The notes beneath the pieces are model-generated. The model saw only the letters and a program-made list of their open reading frames with translations. It had not been told where the DNA came from and ran no database searches. The translations under genes were made by a program, and so were the position numbers. This document shows positions 24,708-38,009 of a DNA stretch of 64,000 nucleotides, piece by piece (position 1 is the stretch's first letter; every line of letters begins with the position of its first letter). Origin of the DNA: Mobula hypostoma (Eukaryota); assembly GCF_963921235.1 (NCBI RefSeq), contig NC_086097.1, positions 38,070,001 to 38,134,000 on the forward strand, in the 5' to 3' direction.

Positions 24708-25420
24708 CTTTTTCAATCTTTTTATTAAATTTCAGATTAATATACATAACAATACTAATGATACAAAGAGATGGGTATAACATTGATAATGGTTAACATA
24801 TACAAACATAATTCGAGTAAAATATATAATTCAAGCCTCCCAATCTCTGAGTAATTGAACATGAAAAAGAGTTTTATAAAGAAACTAAAACAAAACAAAA
24901 CAAAGACTGGGCTGTCCTATTCCCTGGGATAAAAACATTATTTGTCATTAACTCTGCTCCTCTATAGATAAACAAAAGATTATTTTAAAAAAAGGGTTCT
25001 GAAAGGGACAACTTGTATCATATGAAAATGTTGAATAAATGGTCTCCAGGTTTCTTCAAATTTAACTGAAGAATCAACCATACCACTCCTAATTTTTTCC
25101 AGGTTTAAACATAGTATAGTTTGAGAAAACCATTGAAAAGTAGTGGGGGGATCAGAATCTTTCCACTTAAGTAAGATGGATCTTTTAGCTATTAGTGTAA
25201 CAAATGCAATCAAAAGGCAAGCTGAAACGGATAAATGACCAACATCTGTCACTGGTAATCCAAAAATTGCAGTAATAGGGTGAGGTTTTAAATTAATATG
25301 CAAAACTGTTGAAATAATATCAAAAATGTCTTTCCAATATTTATCTAAAAGAGGGCAAGACCAAAACGTATGTGTCAGAGAGGCCACCTCAGAGTTACAT
25401 CTGTCACACACAGGATTTTA
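24708..25420 (-). mobile_element. L1/Tx1-clade LINE 3' end
   Basis: ORF 24980-25411 CDRC..HTFWSC...LNLEKIR homologous to 2080-2520; 7-bp TSD aaaactt at 24701-24707 and 25421-25427. Confidence 0.92.
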
Positions 25421-25589
25421 AAAACTTGACAAAGAACTAGAATCTGAAGGAATCTTTCCTGGAACTCCTACCAAAGATATCTCCATTGAATGAACTGCAA
25501 CAGTTCAAAAAGAAAGCTTTTTTCAAATTCATCTCTTGGGCAACAATGGCTGGTTTTGCTGACAAAAGCAACTTTCTAAGAATTTTATT

Positions 25590-26138
25590 AAGACCATAAG
25601 ACATAAGAGCAGAATTAGGCTATTTGGCCCATCAAGTCTGCTCTGCTATTCCATTGTGGCTGATTTATTATCTTTCTCAGCCCCATTCTCCTGCCTTCTC
25701 TCTGTAAGGCCCTTACTAATCAAGATCCTATCAGCCTCCATCTTAAATAAACCCAATGACAGCCTCCACAGCTGTCTGTGGCAATGAATTTCACAGATTC
25801 ACTACCCTCTGGCTAAAGAAAATATGAGAAATTAAATATATGAGAATGTAGACATTTTTGGTAGGCTTGCAAATGACACCAAAATTGTTGGTATAGTGGA
25901 CAGTGAAGAAAGTTATCCAATGTTATAGCAGGGTATAAATCAACTGGGAAAGTGGACAAGGGAGTTGGAGATGGAATCTAACTCTGGCAAATAAAAAGTC
26001 ACACCTTCTGGGAAGTTGAACCAGGGCAGGACATGTACAGTGAATGGTGTTGAATAGAGAGACCTTAGGCTACAGGTATGTAGTTCTCTGAATATTGGAA
26101 CACATTGATAAGGAAGGCATATGGTTTGCTTGCCTCCT
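25590..26138. mobile_element. CR1 fragments: 3' end on - (~25590-25820) and RT piece on + (~25835-26138)
   Basis: agaccataagacataagagcagaattaggc tail; gcaaatgacaccaaaattgttggt (decayed ADDTKIGG). Confidence 0.7.
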
Positions 26139-26612
26139 GTAACTTCGTGAGGTTAGTTGCACTGGGAGAAATATGGGAAATTAGTTTTTTTTTTACATAG
26201 TAGCAATGGAATGGAGCCCCATTGAGGTAAACCCAATGCTACTTAATCATTCAGCAATGCCCCTTACCGTACCAGATCCCTGAATAGTGAATACTCTTAC
26301 CATGGCCTACAGTAGACCTAGATCATAACCTCCATTTCTGGGAACAGCTCTTCTGTAACCACGTAGCACACCTGTTTGATGCATTAGCATTTCTGCCCTT
26401 TGTGAAACAGTAAGATATGGTGACTTTATTGCTTACTTTGCAAATGGGTAATTTGTGTATCAGTTCTCCTAGCTTCCACCCAATTTATGGCCAATTATAT
26501 AGCCAGGACATAGGCACTGATAATGGTGTCAGTTCTAAAGTCAGCAACTTGGGAAAACATAAAATGGCTGGTATACCAATCGGAATGCAGAAGGTGAGGA
26601 GATGATCTAGCA

Positions 26613-26691
26613 CAGGGTTTCCCAACTTTTTTTATGCTATAGACCAATACCATTAAGTAAGGGGTCCATGGACCCCAGGTTGAAACCCCTA
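26613..26691. mobile_element. ~79-bp hAT/Charlie-type MITE
   Basis: TIRs cagggtttcccaac / gttgaaaccccta; 8-bp TSD a(t/c)ctagca at 26605-26612 and 26692-26699. Confidence 0.85.
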
Positions 26692-27079
26692 ACCTAGCAG
26701 CCGGTTCAGGGTTAAGAGCCTGCGGTAGAAAAGGTCTTACCAAAACACAGGCCTCAGCATTACTCTCATGCCTCGTATATGGCTGGATTTTGCAACAGTT
26801 GCATGATTTGCATTTATTAATTAGTTACTCCCTGTAGTCTCATCAGCAACATCAACATTAACAGGGGATTGGAAGGAAATGGGGTTCTTCATTTTAACTG
26901 TTCCCTGTTCTTTTCCCATCTCTCACAAAGTGAAAATTCCTTTTAAGCATTTTAACTATTTTGGTCAAATCAACCTTTCTTGGTATTCTTTCCATTAATG
27001 TTGATAGTTTGTTAGTGGCTTCTGCAAAAGCATCACTCTCTGGCTCTAAAGCAGAAGTGAAGTATCTTTGTTTTTCATG

Positions 27080-27613
27080 TAGCAGCACCTTCGCTCCATC
27101 CGACAAAAGCAGAACTTCCTGGTGGCCAAGCATTTTAATTCTCATGCCCAATCCCGTTCCAACATGCGCCAAGATGAGGCCATCCTCAGGGTGGAGGAGC
27201 AACACTTTATATTCTGTCTGGGTAGCCTCCAACCCGATGACATGAATATCAATTTTCTCCTTCTGGTTTAAAGAAAAGTCTCTCACCCTCCCCTCATTTT
27301 CTATTCCCCATTCTGGCCTCTTACCTCTTCTCACCTCCCCTGGGTCCTCCCCTCCTTCCCTTTCTTCTGTGGTGCACTGTCCTCTCCTATCAGATTCCTC
27401 CTTTTCCAGCCCTTGACCTTTCCAACCCACCTGGCTTCACCTAACACCTTCTAGCCATCATCCTTCCCCTCCCCCCTCCATTTTCTTTTTCGGTCTTCCC
27501 CCTTCCTTTCCTGTCCTGAAGAAGGGTCTCAGCCTGAAAGGTTGACTGCTTATTCATTTCCATAGATGCTGCCTGACCAGCTGAGTTCCTCCAGCATTTT
27601 GTACGTGTAACTC
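27080..27613 (+). mobile_element. PLE 3' end/pseudo-LTR
   Basis: ctcagggtggaggagcaacactttatattc; decayed hammerhead 27512-27547. Confidence 0.88.
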
Positions 27614-28162
27614 TACCAGTTAAAACTTTGAAGAACCTGGAATTTTTTAGGTCCATTGGTTCAGTCTGTTTTATTAAGTTGGTCAGAAATGATGTGTGTG
27701 TTGAGGGGATGAGTGAAAAGGGGACATTTTCTCCTTGGGGCTGTTTGTTCTGAAATAGATATTTTTCAAAATTCACAATAGTTGTTGCCTTTATAGTTAA
27801 TGTCAGTTGTATTATTTTTAGAACCTGACCGGTAGGGTGACCAGCCATTTCACAAATGCCCAACCCTGGTTCCACAGGGCAGTTTGGCCTACAACTTGTA
27901 GTCAGTAGTGAATTGGTAATGTTCTCTGCAGACATCAAGAGGAAATTACATTTACCCTATATGGTTCATCTACCCCAAAATCAGCAGTACAGGGCCCAGC
28001 AGTGAAATCCTCCATGTTAACTCCATGTGGGTGGAGCCAAAACTTGGTCTGCCCACAAATACTGAAAAAGCAACTGGCAAACCACATCAGCCCAGTGATT
28101 CTCCCTGCTGAAAAGGAACAGTAGTTTAGAAACAATGGTAGTGTAGAAGCAGGAATAGACCT

Positions 28163-28852
28163 TATAGAACATAGAACGGCACAGTGCGGATCATTCAGCC
28201 CATGATGTTGTGCCAACCTTTTAACCTACTTCAAACTAAATCTAACACTTCCCTCCTACATAACCCTCCATTTTTCTATCATCCATGTTCCTATCTAAGA
28301 GTCTGTTAAATGGCCCTAATGTTTCTCCCTCTACCACCACCTCTGGCAGCATGTTCCATAGGCCCACTAATCTCTGTGTAAAAAAAACACACACTACTTC
28401 TGACACCCCACCTATATTTTCCTCCAGTCATTTTAAAATTATGCTCTCTCATATTAGATATTTCTGCCATAGGAAATATGGTACTGGCTGTCATAGAACA
28501 TAGAAATCTACAGCACATTACAGGCCCTTCGGCCCATAATGTGCTGACCATGTAATCTACTCTAGAGACTGCCTAGAATTTCCCTAGCGCATAGCCCTCT
28601 ATTTTTCTAAGCTCCATGTACCTATCTAAGAGGCTCTTAAAAGACCCTATTGTATCCACCTCTACCACCGCCGCTGGCAGTGCATTCCATGCACCCACCA
28701 CTCTGTGTGAAAAACTTACCCCTGACATCTTCTCATATTTCCAAGCACCTTAAAACTATGCTGCCTTGTGTTGGCCATTTCAGCCCTGGGAAAAAGCCTC
28801 TGACTATCCACACGATCAATGCCCCTCATCATCTTATACACCTCTCATCCTC
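28163..28852 (-). mobile_element. Two adjacent CR1 3' ends (older ~28163-28460, younger ~28492-28852)
   Basis: atagaacatagaa tails; caggcccttcggccc hairpin. Confidence 0.85.
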
Positions 28853-29519
28853 CACAATGGACAGCCTGTCACGGCCCCTTCTCACATCATCTAATGCAGG
28901 GATTCTCTCTGTGGTGTCCACAGCTGCACTTTGGGTCACTCCCAGGCAGACACGGGAAAGTAACATGGGAGTGTACTGAAGAGGTGGGAACATGCTTTCA
29001 GTGGGACCATAGTGCAAAGTTGCAGTATAATGTATTTCTGCCCTTTTCCACATAGACAAAGAGTGTACTCGGCATAAAGCACATACATCAGCTCAGTTGT
29101 TTTTCACTTGGTACAATATTCCCTCTGCCTGGTCAGTTCAGAAGAGTATGAAGGTAGAGGGTTAGCTGTTCCAGACTACTGTGAGAAAGAATTTCTGCAG
29201 CCCGAGTCTTTTCAATTAGTTTGGGGGATATGGGATTTGTGAAGAGATTGGCTTTGAGCTGATAGTTCACCAATAATTCAGCAGTAGAGGTGCAGACACT
29301 CAAATCAAACCCCTAGGGGGTTGTCTGTTGGAGGGTCCAGTATGGACTGTAGAAGACCTGGGATCCATATATTCTGGTGCAGTGTGGATAAGAGTAACCA
29401 ACCTTCTCCTCTAGTTGATCTTTGTAAACCTCATACCACGGGTCTTGGGCTTGTCCGGACCTCACAGTCCTACCCCCTTTGCCACTTCCTAATCACCACG
29501 AGACGTAATCCAGGATATT

Positions 29520-29870
29520 AGTGTGGGTTCACATATATCTGTGCGTGACTTTTTTTTAATGTGAGGAGTCTGGTGCAGGGGCAGCCAACTTGCGCTACTT
29601 GACAGATCAGGATCAGGGTCCGGTGGCATGGCATGCAAGATGACTGGGGACCCTTCCTCTGTCTTCATTGCCGTGGTGATGTGTCATCATCTTCTGCCAG
29701 CTCCACCATTTAGGTCTTGGCTGGATTGCTGTCTGTCTGGAACCATCCCCCTGACCTTACTGCCATAGGTGACCTTACCAGGAACTAAGTGCCAAATGTT
29801 TAAACTCCGTATGGCATCACTCTCGGGATCTCAGAAACTCACACGCCTCTCCATCACAACGAGGTGATGA
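29520..29870 (-). mobile_element. RTE-clade (Rex3/Expander-like) 5' region or RTE-derived short element
   Basis: Minus strand reads cacctcgttgtgatggagagg...cctggtaaggtcacctatggc, resembling fish RTE 5' ends (recalled, not searched). Confidence 0.5.
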
Positions 29871-29903
29871 ACCTCAGAGAAGAGCCATGAGAGTAAAGTC
29901 CAA

Positions 29904-30071
29904 CTTGTACTTTCTATCGTGCCTCTCCACCACGACAAGAGAAGACCCGTGATCTAGCTGACTGCAGACTGTAAAATCCAGCTTGTATTTTCTATCGTGC
30001 CTCTCCACCACGACAAGAGAAGACCTATGATCTAGCTGACTGCAGACTGTAAAATCCAGCTTGTATTTTCT
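29904..30071. repeat. 78-bp tandem repeat, ~2.15 near-identical copies
   Basis: ctatcgtgcctctccaccacgacaagagaagacc at 29914 and 29992. Confidence 0.95.
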
Positions 30072-30342
30072 CTCACTTAAGATTTAAAAAGAACAATAAA
30101 GAACAAAAGAACAACTGGTTAGGCCAAGGTACCTTGACATGTCAAATGACTATTTCTGACATTCAGAAATCATATTTACAGAACTATTCAAGGAAAGCAA
30201 AGAGAAAGTAGCATGTATGCAGCCCTATCATTTGGGAACACCGCCTAGTGACAGCTTAAGGTTATTTGTATGGTTTCTGCCTGCCTGGAGTTCAGGACTG
30301 TCTGTTTGACAATGCAGACAACCAGAACTGTAGCTTTGGTTT

Positions 30343-31146
30343 AAGATGGCGCAGGTGAACCATAGCAACGACTTGCTGGTATCAGACTAAACTACTAATT
30401 ACTTTATTAATCACATTTTTTTTCAAAAACAATAATTGCAATCAGTAGCTTGTATTTTCCTTTTCAGATTTGAGCTTTCAGCCACATTTACACACTGGCA
30501 TTTTTGTGGTGTGAACTGAAGTTTCAAAGGTGCAAGAAGGTTGTGTCATGGCATGTACAGGTGGAATCAAGGCAGCGGGGCCTGAGCCTGAAAGCGGGGA
30601 ATGAGCCAATGTTTGGCCACGGAGTGGACTTTGGAGGCAATTTGAAGTGGCAGAACTGAGGCGAGACGGAGTCAGGGCAGCGAGGCCTGGGCCTGAGAGC
30701 GAGGAACAAGTGATATTGGACCAATTTAAGTGCCGGGCCAGATTAGAAAGGTCAGCTATGGGCCAGGTAGAGGCAGTGGGTCCCAGGTCCAAGAGTATAT
30801 TGAAGTGGCAGGGCCTGGAGCTAAGTGTGAAGAGCAGACCCGCTGTTCGGCTGATTTAAGCATTGAGCCAGATTGGAAAGGTCAGGGTGTTGGGTCGGTG
30901 GAGAGGGACGGCCAGTGTTCAGCTCGCTCACTGCTTGTAAGGTTAACTCATCTCCGCGCTAGATGTAACTTGCTTACTTTAATTGTTTGCACAATTTTTT
31001 TTTCTACACACTGGGTATATGACAAGCTTCTGTTTTTCAATGGGCTCTATTAGGTTTCTTTGTTTTCTGGCTGCCTGTGAGGCGATGAATCTCAATGTTG
31101 TATATAGTATAGATACTAAATGTACTTTAAACTTGGAACTTTGAAA
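30343..31146 (+). mobile_element. Non-autonomous element with aagatggcg 5' end and Rex1-type 3' tail
   Basis: Starts aagatggcgc; ends gaatctcaatgttgtatat...aaatgtactttaaacttggaactttgaa, like the tail at 200-254; internal sub-repeats; no RT. Confidence 0.55.
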
Positions 31147-31403
31147 TGAGCCACTGCTGTAGACATGAATCCAAATGGACTGCTGCTGAAAGGCAAAGGA
31201 GCCTGAAAATAGACTAGGGTCACTAACGTCAGGGCCTTGATTCTGCTGTTGATCAAAATCAGCCAGAAGACCAACAGACTGGTACTCCTCCCTACTGAAA
31301 GCAGGCAGCGGCCAACATTAAATCCTAAAACTCGAAGCAGGAGTCCCTAAAGCCATTCAATTAAATCACAGCTTGTCCTGCAGGCCAAGTGAGGGCAGAT
31401 TCC

Positions 31404-33424
31404 CATAGAAACGTAGAAAACCTACAGCACAATACAGGCCCTTCGGCCCACAAAGCTGTGCCGAACATGTCCCTACCTGAGAAATTACCTAGGGTTGCCC
31501 TCTATTTTTCTGAGCTCCACGTACCTGTCCAGGAGTCTTTTAAAAGACCCTATCGTATCCACCTCCACCACCGTCGCCGGCAGTCCATTCCACGCAGTCA
31601 CCACACTCTGCGTTTTTAAAAAAAAAACTTACCCCTGACATCTCCTCTGTATTTACTTCCAAGCACCTTAACACTGTGCCCTCTCATGTTAGCCATTTCA
31701 GCCCTGGGAAAAAGCCTCTGACGATCCACATGATCAACGCCTCTCATCTTATACACCTCTATCAGGTCACCTCTCATCCTCTATTACTCCAAGGAGAAAA
31801 GGCCAAGCTCACTCAACCTATTCTCATAAGGCATGCTCCCCAATACAGGCAACATCCTTATAAATCTCCTCTGCACCCTTTCTGTAGTTTCCACATTCTT
31901 CTTTTAGTGAGGCAACCAGAACTGAGCACAGTACTCCAAGTGGAGTCTGACCAGGGTCCTATATAGCTGCAAGATTACTTCTCGACTCCTAAACTCAGTC
32001 CCACGATTGATGAAGGCCAGTGCACCATATGCTTTCTTAACCACGGAGTCAACCTGCACAACAGCTTTGAGTGTCTTATGGACTCGGACCCCAAGATCCC
32101 TCTGATCCTCCACACCGCCAAGAGTCTTACCATTAATACTATATTCTGCCATCATATTTGACCTACCAAAATGAACCATCTCATACTTATCTGGGTTGAA
32201 CTCCATCTGCCACTGCTCAGCCCAGTTTTGCATCCTATCAATGTCTCGCTGTAACCTCTGACAGCCCTCCACATTATCCACAACACCTCCAACCTTTGTG
32301 TCATCAGCAAATTTACTAACCCATCCCTCCACTTCCTCATCCAGGTCATTTATAAAAATCACGAAGAGTAGGGGTTCCAGAACAAATCCCTGAGGCACCC
32401 CACTGGTGACCAATCTCTATGCAGAATATGACTCATCTACAACCACTCTTTGCCTTCTGTGGGCAAGCCAGTTCCAGATCCACAAAGCAATGTCCCCTTG
32501 GATCCCATGCCTCCTTACTTTCTCAATAAACCTTACATGGGGTACCTTGTCAAATGCCTTGCTGAAATCCATGTATACTTATATTCCGTCTGGGTAGCCT
32601 CCAAGCTGATGGCATGAACATTGACTTCTCTAACTTCCGTTAATGCCCCTCCTCCCATTCTTACCCCATCCCTTATTTATTTATTTATTTGTTGTTTTTT
32701 ATTTTTTCCTTTTTTCCCCTCTCTCTGTCCCTCTCACAATTACTCCTTGCCTGCTTTCCATCTTCCTCTGGCGCTCCCCTCCCCCTTTCTTTCTCCCTAG
32801 GCCTCCCGTCCCATGATCCTCTCCCTTCTCCAGCCTTGTATCCCTTTGGCCAATCAACTTTCCAGCTCTTAGCTCTATCCCTCCCCTTCCTGTCTTCTCC
32901 TATCATTTTGGATCTCCCCCTCCCCCTCCCACTTTCAAATCTACTATCCCTTCTTTCAGTTAGTCCTGTTGAAGGATCTCGGTCTGAAACGTCGACTGTG
33001 CTTCTTCCTATGGATGCTGTCTGGCCTGCTGCGTTCCACCAGCATTTTATGTGTGTTGCTTGAATTTCCAGCATCTGCAGATTTCCTCGTGTTTGCGTCC
33101 ATATACACTACGTCTATTGCTCTACTTTCATCAATGTGTTTAGTCACATCCTCAAAAAATACAATCAGGCTCATAAGGCACGACCTGCCTTTCGCAAAGC
33201 CATGCTGACTATTCCTAATCATATTATGCCTCTCCAGATGTTCATAAATCCTGCCTCTCAGGATCTTTTCCATCAACTTACCAACCACTGAAGTAAGACT
33301 CACTGGTCTATAATTTCTTGGGCTATCTCTACTCCCTTTCTTGAATAATCCGCAACCCTCCAGTCCTCCGGAACCTCTGCTGTCCCCATTGATGATTCAA
33401 AGATCATCGCCAGAGGCTGAGCAA
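31404..33424 (-). mobile_element. Young CR1 LINE (RT region) interrupted by a PLE
   Basis: ORFs 31904-32413 (SGVPQG, FADDTK) and 32956-33303 (SLTSVVGKLME); cccatag at 31402-31408 and 33425-33431. Confidence 0.95.
32580..33097 (+). mobile_element. PLE pseudo-LTR inserted in the CR1 RT VYMDFSKAFD motif
   Basis: 12-bp TSD tccatgtatact / tccatatacact at 32568-32579 and 33098-33109; hammerhead 32962-32997 with CTGTTGA core. Confidence 0.92.
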
Positions 33425-35886
33425 CCCATAGCCCATGATTTTCTTGTTATCTGAATATCTCTTAATTTCCATATTCAATTCATTCTGCAACTGAACACTG
33501 ACAACAAAATTCTAAATATTTGTATTCCTGTACATGTTTATCTGAAGATTGCAAGTACGAATGTAATGTGAAAAGGATAGAATCCCAGCACATCGAACTG
33601 GAATACATGATTTAGCCCTTTCTCCAACTTGGATGTCAGAATTCAGCTGCTGCATATTCGTAGATGGGGACTCTGGATGTAGGTTTGATTCCAATATGAC
33701 ATTCAAGTTGCATGCACACATTTGGCATTGTTCCTACTGGAAAAGATATTGGAGAAAGCATTAGTACATGCATTGCCACTGCCACCTGCAAGAATCAATA
33801 GCTCATGGTATAATGTGCATGCTCAGTGCTCCAGACAATACCATGTATTACCCTCATAGAGCTAGGCATGCATGCCCAACAAGGTAGAGTCAGCTTCCCT
33901 GTCTACCACTCAATCTGGCACTATTTAAAAGCATAATTGATTACTTGAAGATTACTTGCTGGTTGATTTCTACTGAATTTTGCTTTGGTTCAGTATGTAT
34001 CTGCAGCTTTTCAGATTGTTGTCTTAAGTCGTTCACCCAGAACTGAAGAAACAGTCTTGCTGTAAAACTTATGTGAATAGCTGGACATGTTTTAGTGTTC
34101 ATTCCTCTGTGGGAGGAATAGGAGGAATCAGCTGATGGTACAGAGCATGGGACAAACTGCTGGACGAGAGAGGGAGTGGGAGAAGAGTCTATAGCAAGCA
34201 GCCTTCCATATACTCAACAGTTTTGGAGGAAAGGTTCTTTTATTTGATCCTTAATAATGGATGAAGTATCTGTAATTCATTAAAGATATCCCCATTGAAA
34301 TATTCTTCAGCCCCAGACTCCCATGAGGATGGCTTTACTGCTGAATATTGGTGACTGTCTTCTGTGTGCTTTTGTCTGTGAGCTGTGGTTCACTATACTT
34401 TGGGGAAGTCTACTGACCTTGCAAGGCCACATGTTTGCTACTGCTATGTGCTGACGAGAGGAAGTAAAATGCTCTCAGAATTCTTGCCATTGGTGTCCTT
34501 TATCTGATGTTTTATGACAAACTGGAATATGTTGTGGATGTCTCCATGGCCTCAGGAAGCCCTGGTGTAATAACTGCAAGCCCACACTGAAGGACGGGAG
34601 CAAGCCCGCGATAGCAGCAGTGACACTTTGATTCTGTCAAACTGAATTAGCATGGCGGAAATGTCACTCTCATTGCAGCATCCATTCGTTATGTGAATCT
34701 GGTTGTACTTCAGTGCAAGTTGACTGAAATTGCTCATCAATTGCTGTGTGATTACAGTTGTCCCAGTGGAGATGGTCATCTCCTCCATGTTTAGAACAAA
34801 AAAAAATGGCATGTCAGTTCTGTGAAAAGTTTGGCAAGGTTCTGACTCCCAGATGGTATATGGCCACCCTGGTCCAGGCACGTTACTACCAATGACATAG
34901 GTGGAAAAAGGGATGAGGTCCTGAAGAGAGAATAAAATGAACTAGGTAGAAAGCAGGACCTCTGGGGTAGTAATCTCTGGATTACAGCCTGTGTCATGTG
35001 CCAGTGAAGGTAAAAATAGGATGATATGGCAAATGAATATGTGGCTGAAGAACTGGTAGAGGAGACAGGGTTTCAGATTTGTGGATCATTGGGGTAGGTA
35101 TGATCTTTACAAAAGGGGACAGGTTACACCTGAACTCAAGGGGACCAGTATCCATGTGAGCAGGTTTGGTAGAGTTGTTGGGGTGGATTGAAACTAGGTT
35201 GACAGGGGAAATAGGAACCAGAGTGTTGAGTCAGGAGATGGAGCAGTTGGCGTAAAGGTAGATGCAACATTGGGAGAGACTGTAAGGAAGTTTAGGGCAT
35301 ATTTCAGTCAGTTGGATGTATTTACTTTAGTGCAACCGGCGTCAGGAACAAGAATGATGAACTATAAACGTGGACCTGGATTTGGTTGTCACTAGAGCAG
35401 TAATGGCTGCTGTATGTTCCGGGCTGTAGATGTTTCAAAGCGGATGGGTGTGTGGGGGTAAAAGAGGTGGGGGAGTGGGATTGATAATCAGGGATACTAT
35501 CACAGCTGCAGAAAGAGAGGACATTATAGATGGATCATCTACTGAGCAGTGTGGGTGCAAGTGTAAACAGGAAAGGAGCAATCACTCTACTGGGATTATT
35601 CTAGAACACCCCCCCCCCCACCAAAAGTAACAGAGACATTAAGGAGCACATCACAAGGCAGATTTTGGAAAGGTGTAAAAATAACATGATTGACTTCAAC
35701 TTCACTAACTTTGATTGGGACCTCCTTAGTGCAAAGGTCTTAGATGGGGCTGAATTTGTTAAGTTTGTCGAAGTATGCCTGACAATATATAGACAGGCCA
35801 ACTAGAGAAGAGGCCATACTGGATCTAGTTCCAGACAATAAACTTGATCATGTGACAGATCTCTCAGTGGGAGAGCATTTTGGAGA

Positions 35887-36870
35887 TAGAACATAGAACA
35901 GTAGAGCACAGTGTAGGCCCTTCGGCCCACAATGTTGTGCCGACCCTCAAATCCTGCCTCCCATATAACCCCCCCACCTTAAATTCCTCCATATACCTGT
36001 CTAGTAGTCTCTTAAACTTCACTAGTGTATCTGCCTCCCCCACTGACTCAGGCAGTGCATTCCACGCACCAACTACTCTCTGAGTCAAAAACCTTCCTCT
36101 AATATCCCCCTTGAACTTCCCACCCCTTACCTTAAAACTATGTCCTCTTGTATTGAGCAGTGGTGCCCTGGGGAAGAGCCGCTGGCTATCCACTCTATCT
36201 ATTTCTCTTATTATCTTGTACACCTCTGTCATGTCTCCTCTCATCCTCCTCCTCTCCAAAGAGTAAAGCCCTAGCTCCCTTAATCTCTGATCATAATGCA
36301 TACTCTCTAAACCAGGCAGCATCCTGGTAAATCTCCTCTGTACCCTTTCCAATGCTCCCGCATCCTTCCTATAGTGAGGCAACCAGAACTGGACACAGTA
36401 CTCCAATTGTGGCCTAACTAGTTTTATAGAGCTGCATCATTACATCGTGACTCTTAACTCTATCCCTCAACTTATGAAAGCTAACACCCCATAAGCTTTC
36501 TTAACTACCCTATCTACCTGTGAGGCAACTTTCAGGGATCTGTGGACATGTACCCCCAGATCCCTCTGCTCCTCCACACTACCAAGTATCCTGCCATTTA
36601 CTTTGTACTCTACCTTGGAGTTTGTCCTTCCAAAGTGTACCACCTCACACTTCTCCGGGTTGAACTCCATCTGCCACTTCTCAGCCCACTTCTGCATCCT
36701 ATCAATGTCTCTCTGCAATCCTCGACAATCCTCTACACTATCTACAACACCACCAATGTTTGTGTCGTTTGCAAACTTGCCAACCCACCCCTCTACCCCC
36801 ACATCCAGGTTGTTAATAAAAAACACAAAAAGTAGAGGTCCCAGAACAGATCCATGTGGGACCCCACTCG
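35887..36870 (-). mobile_element. Young CR1 3' part nested antisense in the older CR1
   Basis: ORFs 36467-36874 and 35864-36406 with well-preserved CR1 RT C-terminus. Confidence 0.95.
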
Positions 36871-37482
36871 TCATAATTCCCTGACCTTTACAGGGGTAGG
36901 AGCAGTCAGTACGGAAAGGTATTTAATTGGGGGAAGGTAAATAATGCTATTAAGCAGGAACTTGGGCGCGTAAATTGGCAACCGATGTACTCTAGGAAAT
37001 ACGCATTGGAAATGTGGGCGTTGCATTGGTTTCTGGATAGATTTCTTCCATTGAGGCAGGGAAAAGAAGGTCATGGTTGACAAGGGATGTGGAACATCTT
37101 GTCAAGTTGAAGAAAGAAGCTTACTTATGGTTTAGGAAGCAAGGATCAGACATGCTCTGGAGATTTATAGATTAGCCAGGAAGGAGCTTAAGAAGGAATG
37201 TAGGAGAACTAGAAGGGGACATGAAAAAGGCTTTGGTGAGTAGGATTAAGAAAAACCTTACAGCATTCTACACATACTGGAAGAACAGGAGGTTGACTAG
37301 AGTGAAGGTAGGACCAATCAGGGATAAGAGAGGAAACGTGCTTGAAATCCTTAAGTACTTTGCTTCAGTATTCGCCAGTGAGAGATCTTGACAAATGTGA
37401 AGTCAGCGTAGAACAGGCTAATATGCTGGAGCATGTCAAAATTAAGAAAGAGTAGGTGCTGGAAATTTGAAAAACATTAACA

Positions 37483-37612
37483 ATTAAAGATAGCTTTATG
37501 TACGTCAAGCATTGAAACATTCAGTGATATGTATTGTTTGCATCAACAAGCAACACACTCCAAGATGTGCTGGGGGTAGCCCACAAGTGTTGGCATGCTT
37601 CCGGTGCCAAGA
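37483..37612 (-). mobile_element. 3' tail of the V-SINE subfamily seen at 24126-24291
   Basis: Reverse complement matches ggcaccagaaacatggcaacacttgtgggctgcc...catttcactgtatatttcaatg. Confidence 0.65.
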
Positions 37613-38009
37613 AGGCGTTATAGTGTGTTGGTTTTCAGTAGTTAGGGGGTTGAGTTCAAGAGGCACGAGGTCATGTTGCAGTTCTATAAAAATCTGGTAA
37701 AGTGTTGTGTTCAGTTCTGGTCACCTTTATTACAGGAAGGATATGGAAGCTTTAGAGAGGGCGCAGAAGAGATTTACCAGGATGCTGTCTGATTAAAGAG
37801 CTTGTATTATGAGGAAAGGTTGAGTGAGCTAAGGCTTTTATCTTTGGAGTGAAGGAGGCTGAGAGGTGACTTGATAGAGGTGTATAAGATGATAGGAGGC
37901 ATCAGTAAAGCGGACATCCAACACCTCTTTCCCAGGGCAGAAATGATGGCTAAGATGAGAGGGCATAATTTTGAGGTGATTGGAGGAAAGTATAGTGTAA
38001 TGTCAGTTT

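Noticed and set aside
29904..30071. CRISPR-like array
   Set aside because: Head-to-tail duplication without unique spacers, no cas genes, vertebrate context.
33430..34860. TE-poor stretch as a possible exon region (ORF 34552-34881)
   Set aside because: No convincing splice-site pair or protein similarity seen; left unannotated.
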